Origin: Octopus bimaculoides
Lineage: Eukaryota
Assembly: GCF_001194135.2 (NCBI RefSeq)
Contig: NC_068984.1
Span: 14,165,921 to 14,229,879 of the forward strand
DNA length: 63,959 nucleotides
Reading direction: 5' to 3'
In this document: one piece after another, positions 13,320 to 25,202 of the stretch
How the letters are laid out: every line of letters starts with the position of its first letter
Position numbering within the stretch: position 1 is the first letter of the stretch
The notes under the pieces: generated by a model
What the model saw: the letters and a program-made list of their open reading frames with translations, nothing else
Told to the model about the DNA's origin: nothing
Database searches by the model: none
Translations under genes and position numbers: made by a program

Positions 13320-13551
13320 TATGAGTTTGTGTTTGTGTGTCTGTGTTTGTCCCCCCAACATCGCTTGACAACCGATGCTGGTGTGTTTACGTCCCTGTAA
13401 CTTAGCGGTTCGGCAAAAGGCACCGATAGAACAAGTACTAGGCCTACAAAGAATAAGTCCTGGGGTCGATTTGCGCGACTAAAATGCGGTGCTCCAGCAT
13501 GGCCATATTCAAATGACTGAAACAAATAAAAGAGTAAAAGGGTAAAAGAGT
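13085..13551 (+). mobile_element. SINE family B, 5'-truncated, well-preserved tail
   Basis: AAAGAAACCCGTCGT-(TA)n-gap-(TG)n-GTTTGTCCCCCCAACATCGCTTGACAACC..CTGGGGTCGAT..CAGCATGGCC..GACTGAAAC, ending in (GTAAAAGA)-like repeats. Confidence 0.9.
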
Positions 13552-14046
13552 TACTTGTTTAGAAAATGTTGTTATTGTAATGGTAATAGATTTAGCGTTG
13601 CATCTCGAGGGGTGGCCAATGTGTCACTAATAAATACACGCATTTGTTCTATTTTACACATTTTCACCATTTAACAAATAAAATTGAAAATGTGAAATGG
13701 AACCAATGTGTGTCTTTATTATTGCCATAACTACCCACCCGAGGTGCAATAAAATCTGTCTCAACACACCAGTTCTTATCAAGTACCTTGGCAAATCCAA
13801 TACGATTCCGAGTCGGTTTACTACACATTTTCACCACGCTCATTGAAAGTACAAATAGGGAACTGTATGATTCTTTGACTGTAAAAAAATAATTAAATTT
13901 CTTACAGATCACAATTTACCACCTTATAAAATACACATTAAAGAATTTTTTCCTGGGTAGAATATACTCATCAGGGCTAGAATGTTTTACATAGTTTGTT
14001 TACTCAAGAGCGACTGACCTGAAACTGATCAATGAGGGTACCAAAA

Positions 14047-14240
14047 ATAATCCTTTGTCCTAGAGGAACAAGGCCTGGAATTATCTAGGGGTGGGACGTA
14101 ATTAATTAGATCGACTCTAGTATCAACTGGTATTTATTTCATCGATCCCAAAAGGTTGAGAAGTAAAGTCAACCTCGGTAGAATTTGAACTTAGAGACGA
14201 ACGAAATGCTGGTAATTATTTTGTCCGGTGGGTTAACGAC
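14047..14240 (-). mobile_element. SINE family A, diverged
   Basis: Contains AAAGTCAACCTCGGTAGAATTTGAAC (reverse complement of B-box plus core) and the family A tail. Confidence 0.75.
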
Positions 14241-14667
14241 CCTATAACCAACCGATCATAGGAAGACAACATGAACAACTACCGAGACAGAATGTTCTGT
14301 GACATTAAATTTTGTTGATTTGAAGAAGATATTGAATAATGTAAAGCACAGGAAAACTCAGCAGGTAGTCATGTTATGAATTTATGTCTATGCGAATTAA
14401 ACAAAAAGACATGAATGAACCGTAAACGTACTACTTAAGAGAAAACGGTTAATATTTACCAGATATTACTTCAATTGTCTTCTTGTTGCCCAGTTCATCT
14501 TATTAGTAACTTTTAGACTAAAGACAGGTACCAATTTATCTACAGAATATAGTGTAGAAACTGACGTCATGAATACTTGCTCATAAGTAGATAAGAACAG
14601 ACAGAGGAACAAAGTTGCCATTTTATACATCGTCTAGAAATAATAATTAACTTAGATCTATAGTAAA

Positions 14668-14883
14668 ATAATTATTTCTACTAGAAGCACAGGGCCTCAA
14701 ATATTGGAGAAGGGATTAAGTCGATTACATCGACCCCGTGCGTAACTGGTACTAATTTATCGACCCCGAAAGGATAAATGGCAAAGTCGACCTCGGCGGA
14801 ATTTGAACTCAGAACGTAACGGCAGACGAAATACCGATAAGCATTTCGCCCGATTTGCTAACGGTTCTGCCAGGTCGCCGCCC
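14668..14883 (-). mobile_element. SINE family A, full length
   Basis: Minus strand: GGCGGCGACCTGGCAGAACCGTTAGC..GAGTTCAAATTCCGCCGAGGTCGACTTTGCC..CCTTTCGGGGTCGATAAATTAGTACC..GGGGTCGATG. Confidence 0.9.
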
Positions 14884-14900
14884 TGAACCTTAAAGAAAAC

Positions 14901-15102
14901 AATATTTTTTTCTACTCTAGGCACAAGGCCCGAAATTTTGGGGGAGGGGGCCAGTCGATTAGATCAAATCCAGTACGCAACAGGTACTTAATTTATCGAC
15001 TCCGGAAGGATGAAAAGCAAAGTCGACCTCGGTGGAATTCGAACTTAAGACGTAAAGACTGTCGAAATACCGCTAAGCATTTCGCCCGTCGTGCTAAAGT
15101 TT
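14901..15102 (-). mobile_element. SINE family A (tail type i), head clipped by the next copy
   Basis: Tail GGCCTTGTGCCTAGAGTAGAAAAAAATATT; core and B-box as in the other copies. Confidence 0.9.
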
Positions 15103-15281
15103 CTTATTTCTTTATTGCCCACATGGGGCTAAACATAGAGGGGACAAACAAGGACAGACAAAGGGATTAAGCCGATTACATCGACTCCAGTGCGTAACTG
15201 GTACTCAGAGCATAAAGACAGACGAAATACCGCGAAGTATTTCGCCCCGCGTGCTAACGTTTCTACCAACTCGCCGCCTTC
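15103..15281 (-). mobile_element. SINE family A (tail type ii) with internal deletion
   Basis: Tail GTTTGTCCCCTCTATGTTTAGCCCCATGTGGGCAATAAAGAAATAA, as in 22519-22751. The B-box/core segment is deleted. Confidence 0.85.
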
Positions 15282-15291
15282 GTATGCGCAG

Positions 15292-15510
15292 ATATTCTTT
15301 TCTACTCCAGGCACAAATCCCGAAATTTTGTTGGAGGTGGGCAGTCGATTAGATCGAATCCAGTACGCAACTGATACTTAATTTATTAACCCTGAAAGGA
15401 TGAAAGGCAAAGTTGACCTCGGCGGAATTTGAACTCAGAACGTAAAAACAGATGGATTACTGGTAAGCATTTCCTTAGGCTTACTAACGATTCTGCCTGC
15501 TCACCGCCTT
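15292..15510 (-). mobile_element. SINE family A (tail type i), full length
   Basis: Head, GAGTTCAAATTCCGCCGAGGTCAACTTTGCCTTTCATCC core and type i tail. Confidence 0.9.
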
Positions 15511-15614
15511 GAACTGTAATAAAACAATAATAATTTTAAGATAGAGTATTGGCAGGATCTTTTGAATATCGATGAAATGCCAAAGTCTTTTCACCAACTG
15601 AACTGATATTCCTC

Positions 15615-16020
15615 CGGGTTCAACTTTGCCTATCATTCGTTTCGTGTCGATTAATTAGTGTACCAGTAAAGTACTGCGGTCCATATAATCAACTCAGCTC
15701 ACTCGCACTCAAAATTTCTGTCTTTGTGCTTAACTTACAATCAGATACTCTTTTGTTCAAGCCTGCAAGCTGGCAGAATCGTTTTCACGCGGGCGAAATG
15801 CGTAGCAGTATTTCGTCTTCCGTTACGTTCTGAGTTCAAATTCCGCCGAGGTCGACTTTACCTTTTATCCTTTCAGGGTCGAGCAAATAAATACCAGTTC
15901 AACACTGGCGTCGATGTAATTGAATCATCCCCTCTCCCAAAAGTTCTATGCGGTTATTGTTTCAACTACTTGCATTCTGAGTTCAAATCCTGTCGAAGCT
16001 AACCTTCCCTGGCATTCTTT
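15615..16020 (+). mobile_element. Three SINE family A pieces on the plus strand (15615-15690, 15765-15945, 15975-16020)
   Basis: GCTGGCAGAATCG..GAGTTCAAATTCCGCCGAGGTCGACTTTACCTTTTATCC at 15765-15945; shorter core fragments on either side. Confidence 0.75.
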
Positions 16021-18061
16021 TTCTCTCAATGAGTCTATTACTCGAGTCAATATCACATGACTACTTTTTCCTTCATCTAAAATTCCTACACTTGAACTCA
16101 ACGTATACACAATTATTATTTAATGCTATACATTTTCATGTGTAAAACCTCAATAGAATGGAATAGAAGTTGTTCCTGATATAGGCACAAGACCAGGAGT
16201 ATAGACACAAGAACAGAATAGGAGAAAGGGAGTCGATACCATTCCACTAATCTTTAATGGCACTTTTTTCATCGACTCCAGAGGGATAAATGATAATATT
16301 GATTTCTGAGTTGAAAAAAGAACGTACAGAGAGGGGAAAATACTGCAAGGCATTTTTTCCCATGCTCTACGAATTACTGCTAACTTACTGCCTTATTATA
16401 ATGTAAATAGTGCGTTCAATTATCTTCGGAAACAATGCATAGGACCCACACAGAAAATATATGACATTCTTCACCATGTACTGTATGTTTCGATATAGAA
16501 AATGCGAACATTCTCTTAAGTCGATCTGACAAATTTAAGTCGTAAAGATGAGGCAACCCTTGCTGTGGCCGATATATTGAGGCATTGCTCGGCAGATGAT
16601 TAATTTCTTGCCTTACATCATAAATCTACAACCAGGTTTATAATCTGGTAGGAACCAATAGATGTTGGAATGTTTAGACAGGTTCTTTCTGCAAAGCAAC
16701 GTTATATGAAATTTTCGGAAAAATCTAAAACTTTGTTTAATATACAGAATTACGTGTTCCTAAGTGAACGTCTATGTACTTACATTATCTGTATCTCAAT
16801 CGGAGAACAAATAAATTATCACATTTTAGCAGATAACTTCAGCAAGAGATTAGAAACCAGGTTTACTTGCTGTCAGAGGAAAATTACGGCGACACCCTTT
16901 CATGAAAATGAATTCAAAGAACGAAAACAAATATTAGACGAGAAAATTTAAAATAAATCTAAATTGAATAAATTACCGATGTTGGTGTTCCTTATCAGAC
17001 GTAGATGTCTTCAAACAGGTTTCGCTTCTGTTGTGTGTGTTTTATTAGATGTTTGTTTTCTACTGATTTAATAGAGGAAAATTCATCAAGATAAAGGCAT
17101 AGACATGATGTAGTCAGTTGTTCATTATGTCCCACCACGAAATCTAACGTTTAACTTCACTGGCATCTAAAACAGATAAATCCATTTAATTCAATGCTGT
17201 AGACTTAGAAAATTTGTCGGTGTCAGTGAACAGAGGATATGCATTAAGTAGCATATGTCATGTATCGCCATTGCAATCACCTCTGCCACCGCAAAACATC
17301 ATCACAACCACCACAAACGACATAAACATTCCCTTCCCTCCCTCTTCGCCAATAATCCACCACGACCACCACCACCATCGCCACCACCCAGCTGGCTTAG
17401 TTTATGAAACCGTCCATTTAATCGATACCGAAATATCCAGACGTCGTGACGTGACGAAACTGTGAGGAAATGACGCGCAAACATTCCAGTTCCTTGCCGC
17501 CTGACTGGCACCTACTATTTTCGCAAGCATTCTCTCATTTCTAGCTTGTTCGTTCGACATTCATATCTCTTCGGTTTAATAATTCATCCTTTCGTTCTTA
17601 CATTTTTTATTCTCTCCTCTCTTTCTCTGCTCCTCCAATCTAATGATATATTAAATTTCTTTGTTAATATTTTTCATTTTTATCTTTCCTTTGTTATGAT
17701 ATTTGGTGTATATTCTCCTTTGTTTTTATCCAGCTTTTCTTCCTACAATTTATTATATTTATTCTAATATTTTCCTTCTCATTCTACCAGCTGCCATATT
17801 ATCGCCGCGTCTGCTTAATAATGAGTTGTGTTCTCTGCAGATTTTTATGTATTTATTATTTTGGTTCATATTTATTCCGTTTTTGTTCCAGAGCCTCTGT
17901 CCCTCTACTGCGACCAGTTATTGTTGTTTTAGACACACAATCTCTTATTGTTATAATATTCATATCGGCTGCTATTTTGTTTTAATATCAACCTCACTTT
18001 CTAAACGTCTATTTAGTTATTTATCTAATATAGACATGGTTATTGTGTACGTTTATACATG

Positions 18062-18582
18062 TGTATATATATATATNNNNNNNNNNNNNNNNNNNNNNNN
18101 NNNNNNNNNNNNNNNNNNNNNNNNNNNNNNNNNNNNNNNNNNNNNNNNNNNNNNNNNNNNNNNNNNNNNNNNNNNNNNNNNNNNNNNNNNNNNNNNNNNN
18201 NNNNNNNNNNNNNNNNNNNNNNNNNNNNNNNNNNNNNNNNNNNNNNNNNNNNNNNNNNNNNNNNNNNNNNNNNNNNNNNNNNNNNNNNNNNNNNNNNNNN
18301 NNNNNNNNNNNNNNNNNNNNNNNNNNNNNNNNNNNNNNNNNNNNNNNNNNNNNNNNNNNNNNNNNNNNNNNNNNNNNNNNNNNNNNNNNNNNNNNNNNNN
18401 NNNNNNNNNNNNNNNNNNNNNNNNNNNNNNNNNNNNNNNNNNNNNNNNNNNNNNNNNNNNNNNNNNNNNNNNNNNNNNNNNNNNNNNNNNNNNNNNNNNN
18501 NNNNNNNNNNNNNNNNNNNNNNNNNNNNNNNNNNNNNNNNNNNNNNNNNNNNNNNNNNNNNNNNNNNATACATATATGTATA

Positions 18583-18631
<49 letters not shown>

Positions 18632-18810
18632 ATATATATATATGTATATATATATATGTATATATATATAGAAATATATGTACATATATATATAAATATA
18701 TATATATATATAGAAATACATGAAAATATATAATTATATATATATATATATACGTACATACATAAATAAGTTACATACAAACGCACACACACACACACGT
18801 ATATATAAGT
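18062..18810. repeat. Degenerate (TA)n/(TATG)n microsatellite with gap
   Basis: Visible repeat. Confidence 0.9.
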
Positions 18811-19577
18811 TACATGTAATGTAAAATATAACATCGTAATTAATGTTTTGTGAAATATGTTAGTCAAAAACTACTTCTAGTTTGGGTGTGATATTAATAT
18901 TTTCGTTATTTGCGCATGGGCTAAATATTGAGAGAACGGATATAGACAATTAACAATTACAGGTATATTATTTGTTAATTTATCGGCCATTAAAACGGGT
19001 AGAATAGAAAAACGAATTTCGTGTAGATTTGAACTTTGCGTATTGAGAGATGTTAAAACAAATAACCTCAGTAAATTAGTATAAACCTAACATACTTTTT
19101 TTTATTTTTCATTAAAATAATCATTCCACGCAACTACGATAGCCAAAAGCCCCCATATTTACATAGTAAGCACTTGAATAGCGGAAGGAACCGACCCTAG
19201 AAATCATCTTAAGCACCCTAAATTTTTTTGTCGTCCTTTTTATATTTCTTTTAACGCCTCTACCTTTAACCGTTACTATCAGTGTTCGAATTTTGCGCCG
19301 ACGAATGCGCACGTTTCTGGAAAATATCTTTTGTTTTACTTTTTTGTAGCTTTTGCAGCTTTTGTGGCTTTGCATGATCATTCAGTCTCTACAGTCCACA
19401 CTGGCAACTACCGCATATCGGGGCCTCGTCACTACTTTTTTCGCAATCCATTAATATTGTGCCAAAATACACCAGGAGTTTATATCCTCGGCAGCGCCTT
19501 TAAATATCGTCCTGGTGTTACGTTGAAAAATATACTGAGCTGTAAAGGTATTGGTGGTTTTGATTCATATCACTGCA

Positions 19578-19667
19578 CTTTGTCTCATTACTTTGTCTGA
19601 TTACGGCCTTTGTCTGATTAAAACCTCAAAACTGCCTTTGTCTGATTAAAGCCTCATTACGGCCTCA
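19578..19667. repeat. Short tandem array of CTTTGTCT(C/G)ATTA x4 with variable spacers
   Basis: Units at 19578, 19591, 19608 and 19636. Confidence 0.85.
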
Positions 19668-20890
19668 ATGCCGAAACAGAGGCAGAGTAACACACGTTTC
19701 ACATGTTGCTCGGATGAGTATTGACTCATACTTTGGCTAGAACTTATTTCAATGGATTTTTAGAGGGTACATAGAAGGTCACTCCTATTTCATTGACGAA
19801 CACGTGTATCAACGTTTTTCTTTACCACTTTTTGGAAAATAAATTCTAGAATAAAAGGGAGAGAGTTTTGGCAATAAAGTTCTACCGAACTTCGGTCTCC
19901 AAGACGAAAATATTAAACTCAATCTGTTTCCTGTTTGATGCGACGTTTGCAAACATGGCGAAAATTATGTTGTCGCTATAATACTCTTGTTGTTTTGCAA
20001 GAATTTATATATAAACTGTTTTTTATAAGAGACAGCTGATACATCATCCTGCTTTTTAAATGTTCCTATTTTCATTTATGATATTTTCCAGTTTATGTTT
20101 GATACCAATGTAAAACCTTTTACTTATTTATTTTATTTATTGCATTTATTTCTTCCGTTGGAGAAGGTTTCTGCTTGACATTTTGTTTAGATTGTCGGCT
20201 CCAAGAAGATTATTTTTAGAAACCTTTTTTTTTATATAAATATTACAGGAAGTAAACGAAAATTCTCACACCTTTGACTAAAAAGACGACATACTCGGTG
20301 CACTGAGACATTAATACTAATGTAATTTTTGAAAAACGCGACAAATTGTATCCATTGATCGAGGCAAACATGAAAATCAAGAAGAAGCTTCTATCTGGCG
20401 GCACATCTTACCATCTTCTCGTTCGCCAAGTACCGACCGAGATTTTATAAAACTTTGTTCCCTGAAAATGTTCTAGGTCAATAAAGAAAATAATAATCCT
20501 GCAAATTCAAAAGATGAAGAAATGGATTAACAAAATAACAAACATAAAGGACTGAATATCATACAGTAGAGGAAAAAGGGACGATGAAAATTAGTAACAG
20601 AAAACAGCAGTTCGAAGAAAAGAAGTTATCCGAATAAAATGACTTATGACTGACACGAATCTCAACAGGCAGACGATGCTCCTGGGAAGAGAAGCAAGTG
20701 ACTTTTTAAATATCTTCTCTAAGGAAAATACTCTAGAAAATTCATCTGGGCAATGGGTGATGGTGGTGGTGCTGCGATATTTGATGGTGGTAATTCTCCA
20801 TGCTATGAGAGATTTCTTTTCTACAGCCGCGGCGGTGGAAACACTCCTAGTATTAATGAATGTGCATGTGACATTTTTATATTTGTTCGT

Positions 20891-20924
<34 letters not shown>

Positions 20925-21349
20925 TATGGATGTAATGTTTCCGTTCGGCACACTTTTACAGAAGCTCTGAAATTCAGGAACTCGAGTGTCCGAAACGAAC
21001 TAAAAAATCTACGTGTGATGAACCATGCACTTGTACCGGTGTCAATTTGATGCAGGACATAAACTGATGTGCAACACGAACAAATCACCTGTGCATGTTG
21101 TTGAGCCAAGAATAGCAGAACTGTCTTTCTCGGATTCTAAAGACCTCCATTGCACTATATTCTTTGAAGATCTTCTTTATTATAGGCAAATTATAGATAA
21201 TTGTTACGGTAAAAAACTGTAACGTTGTCTAATGACAGCTTCAGGTTAGTGTTTTCAACAGATCGTAGCACAAGTTTCAATGTCTATTCTGGCTCGCTAA
21301 TTAAATTCTGCCACGTGATGATATGGATTTAATATCAATTTATAAACGT

Positions 21350-21709
21350 GTGCGCGCACGCATACACACATACACACGCACACCTACGCGGACACACCCA
21401 CACGCACAAGCATACACATACACATACTTATTGCATATACAACTATGCTTGTATATATNNNNNNNNNNNNNNNNNNNNNNNNNNNNNNNNNNNNNNNNNN
21501 NNNNNNNNNNNNNNNNNNNNNNNNNNNNNNNNNNNNNNNNNNNNNNNNNNNNNNNNNNNNNNNNNNNNNNNNNNNNNNNNNNNNNNNNNNNNNNNNNNNN
21601 NNNNNNNNNNNNNNNNNNNNNNNNNNNNNNNNNNNNNNNNNNNNNNNNNNNNNNNNNNNNNNNNNNNNNNNNNNNNNNNNNNNNNNNNNNNNNNNNNNNN
21701 NNNNNNNNN

Positions 21710-21746
<37 letters not shown>

Positions 21747-21878
21747 AGCATATGTTTGTATTCACATATGTATAAATATATATGTGTATATATATATGTA
21801 TGTGTGTGTATATAAATGTGTTTGCGTATATATATGTGTGTGTGCGTATATATATATATATATATATTCATAATTATT

Positions 21879-21912
<34 letters not shown>
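21350..21912. repeat. Compound CA/TA/TG microsatellite with gap
   Basis: Visible repeat. Confidence 0.9.
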
Positions 21913-21913
<1 letters not shown>

Positions 21914-22518
21914 ATGCTGAATGGCGCTTTATGTCACTGCAAATACCACGGGTCACTTCTCTCATTAGGAGATTAATCCCACTTTGGGAAATGATCGTTG
22001 ACGCTTCGTAGTTCTCAGCTTGTAGTCAATATTTGCTCAATTCCGACATCAAGGGACCAACCTTCCATTGCTGGCGTATGCATTACAATAATATTTTCAG
22101 TACTAACATTAGCAATACTGTTGACATTTACAAAAAATGGCACGTTAACGCGTCTGGCAAAGTTTCTTTTCTTAAAGCTGTTGATTCCGAATCGAACTTA
22201 CGGCATCGCTGGTGATTTGATTCGAGGATAATTGAAATATTAATACATGACATTAAAGTAGTAGAATGTATTTCATTTCTGAGGGATCACCTTAAACTGG
22301 AAACGAGATACTTAAGCAAACCAGTAGGCCATTCTATTGTGAGAAGATTACATTTCATTTATTACACTCGTTAAGGCTTGAACATCACAACTACTAGTCT
22401 CCTCTATAAAACTGAAAGTTTGTATAATGGAATGATGCCTCGGTGATCCCTCTCTGGACGGGGGATCACTCGGCTCGCCGGTGATGAAGAGCGAGGCTAT
22501 CCGCGTAAAAAAAAATAA

Positions 22519-22751
22519 GACGGCGAGCTGGCAGAAACATTAGCATGCCGGGCGAAATGCTTAGCAGTATTTCGTCTGCCGCTACGTTCTGAGCTCAAAT
22601 TCCGCCGATGTCGACTTTGCCTTTCATCCTTTCGGGGTCGATTAAATAAGTACCAGTTACGCACTGGGGTCGATGTAATCGACTTTATCCGTTTGCCTGT
22701 TTTTGTTTGTCCCCTCTGTGTGTAGCCCCTTGTGGGCAGTAAAGAAATAAG
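22519..22751 (+). mobile_element. SINE family A (tail type ii), full length, young
   Basis: GGCGAGCTGGCAGAAAC (A-box-like), GAGCTCAAATTCC (B-box-like), GCCTTTCATCCTTTCGGGGTCGATTAAATAAGTACCAG core, tail ending GTAAAGAAATAAG. Confidence 0.92.
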
Positions 22752-22824
22752 AATGATGCCTAGGTATGTTCCTAGACTCGTAAGACCATACTTTCTCAGT
22801 TTCCATGGCCGAGGTGGCAACTGC

Positions 22825-23285
22825 TCCTGTGAACGGGACGCTAGTCCATCGCAGAATTACTTATTTACATGTGAATGAACTGCGACAGCGTGAAACGAAG
22901 TGCTTCACTTAAGAGCGAAAGGTCGTGGCTTAACAGTAATCTTATTCGGCTAACGATTGTTTGGTCCGTTTGAGAAAGACACTTTACTTTCCGCTGTTCC
23001 AGGCCACTGAGATGGCGAAAATGAGGAGTACTTGTATTTCAAATGGTCAGCCTTGTCATATGCTGTGTTACGTTGAATCATCCTGAGAACTGCGTTAACA
23101 GTACGTGTGTCTACGGAGTGCTCAGCCACTTGCACGTTAATTCGACGAACAAGCTGTTCTGCTGATCAGATCAACTGGAACGCTCGTCGTCGTAACACAA
23201 AAGAATCGACCGGTCTGTGAATCGAAACCACGACGTTGCGATAGTGAGTGCAATCCCTTAACCACTAGGCCACACGCAGCCACGA
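22825..23285. mobile_element. Nested SINEs: plus-strand family C copy (22921-23197) inside a minus-strand tRNA/CORE-like SINE (22825-22920 and 23198-23285)
   Basis: Inner copy: GGTCGTGGCTTA..TTGAGAAAGACACTTTA..GGAGTGCTCAGCCACTTGCACGTTAA..CTGGAACGCTCGTCGTCGTAAC. Outer copy: GAATCGAAACCACG..TTAACCACTAGGCCAC (reverse tRNA head) on the right and GCGTGAAACGAAGTG on the left. Confidence 0.65.
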
Positions 23286-24989
23286 CTTAATTAGTGCTGG
23301 CAAGTAATTCATGACAGGATATTAAATTTGAAGAGCCAAGTGTAAAAGTAGAAAAATAGAAATTCTTGAATCATTTAAGAAAAGAGATACGGGGAAACTG
23401 ATTATTCTATTGTTATGCAAATGTTAGTTCGAATGTGATAACGAGAAGAATCAATTTATTATAGTTCAAATACGAAAATTTCCAATGAAGGAAATGATCG
23501 TGTAATCAAATAGTTTTCTCGAAACATAGTCGTTACTAATATATTAAATAAAACCCATTTACATTTTCATGATTATCCCTCAACAGGCATTTCTTTTTTT
23601 TTTTTACGTACATAAATAATCCAGTTCAAAACAGATTGAATGTCATTCACTCACAACTCGTGTTCTTATACAGCAGACATATTTTTTGTCCTTATAATAA
23701 TAAAAAGAAAAGTTGCTTAAATTATAGGTTTGCTTCTTCTAAAACTCATCATTAGTATCGCTAGAATATTTCCATCTCTATAGCAATAACAAACAAACAG
23801 TTAAATATTTATATTCGTAACCTCTTTGAAACGCAAGATTATAGCAGTGTTTTACAATGAGGATTCTTACGGTCTCGTATCTTTGAGTTGTAACTCAACC
23901 GCTTATCGGTCAAGCAAAGCAACATCCTTTATCGAAAGTGGTTAGTGGCTGGTAATAATGGCAGCAGTAGAATACGAAATTAAAAACGCTAAAAGAACAG
24001 ATATTACAAAAATGTTGTCAATGCGGTATTGAAACATTATAATGTTTGGTGGCAGCGGTTTTAATGGTAACAACGATCGATGTTTCCGGATAACGAAACG
24101 GATTGTAGAAGGGAGCGAAGATGGAAGACAAATATGTTAATGAAACAGAAAACACGAAGAAAAATCAAGAAAAATAAAACCAACAAAAAAAAACTAATTA
24201 AACAAAATATAAATAACTGGGGAAAAAATCAGACAAAAACTAAAATGAGAGAATGATGAGAAAATCGAGAGATAAAGCAACACAAACTGAATAAATACGA
24301 AATGCAATTTGAAATTTGAGATCATTTCCCAGGATATTGTGAAATAGCCGTTGTGTTTGACTTAATCGACTTGTTTTCTCAGCTGTGTTATTTACCAGTG
24401 TGGAACGAGTTCTTCATGGCGGCCATGACAGATAGGAGGCCAGGGATTATGTTCCGTTAATTTCAAGATATTGAAGTGTGTGTAGTAGGTTTGGCATTAT
24501 TAAATTAGGAAGGTAGAAGTGGGAAGGTGACGGGAGTTTGTGGAAAATGAGTTAAGAAAGAGAATTGACAAGGCGAAACAGTGTAGACATTTTAAGAATG
24601 GCAAAGGGCAAAAGGGTGATTTATTGAAAAGCAACACGAGGCTCGATTGAATAGTGGAGAAAGACAAGCAGAGAACGTAAGAGTGAGAGATGGAATGTGA
24701 GAAATGAATGAATGTGGAAATCGAAGGAGATATATAGAGAGCGGACGAAAGATAATGTAAGAAATAATTTGAAAGAAAGACAGTAAAGGAAAAAGAGAAC
24801 CACATATGCAGATGCAGCTTACAGAAAGAAAGAGAGAGAGCGGATTAGGTGTAGTGATAGTGACGTAATGTTTCGAGAGAATCTGGAATTAAACGGACAG
24901 ACACTCGAATAAGAAACACAATATGGAAACACACGGACGAAGGAGGATAACGCACGCACTTATGCAACGCACTTATGCAACGCACTCTT

Positions 24990-25046
24990 GCAATCATACA
25001 CATACATACAAACATCATATTCACTCCAACACACATATACATACGT

Positions 25047-25078
<32 letters not shown>

Positions 25079-25170
25079 GTATACACACATACATACATAC
25101 ATACATACACACACACATATGTATGTACACACACATATCGGCACANNNNNNNNNNCACATATACATACGT

Positions 25171-25202
<32 letters not shown>

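Noticed and set aside
14047-15510. Regularly spaced repeats as a CRISPR-like array
   Set aside because: Units are about 200-nt diverged SINE copies in eukaryotic DNA, with no short constant repeat, unique spacers or cas genes.
22010-22231. TM-like frame IAGVCITIIFSVLTLAILLTF
   Set aside because: Several frames on both strands are similarly open and plausible; no convincing donor; cannot choose a reading.
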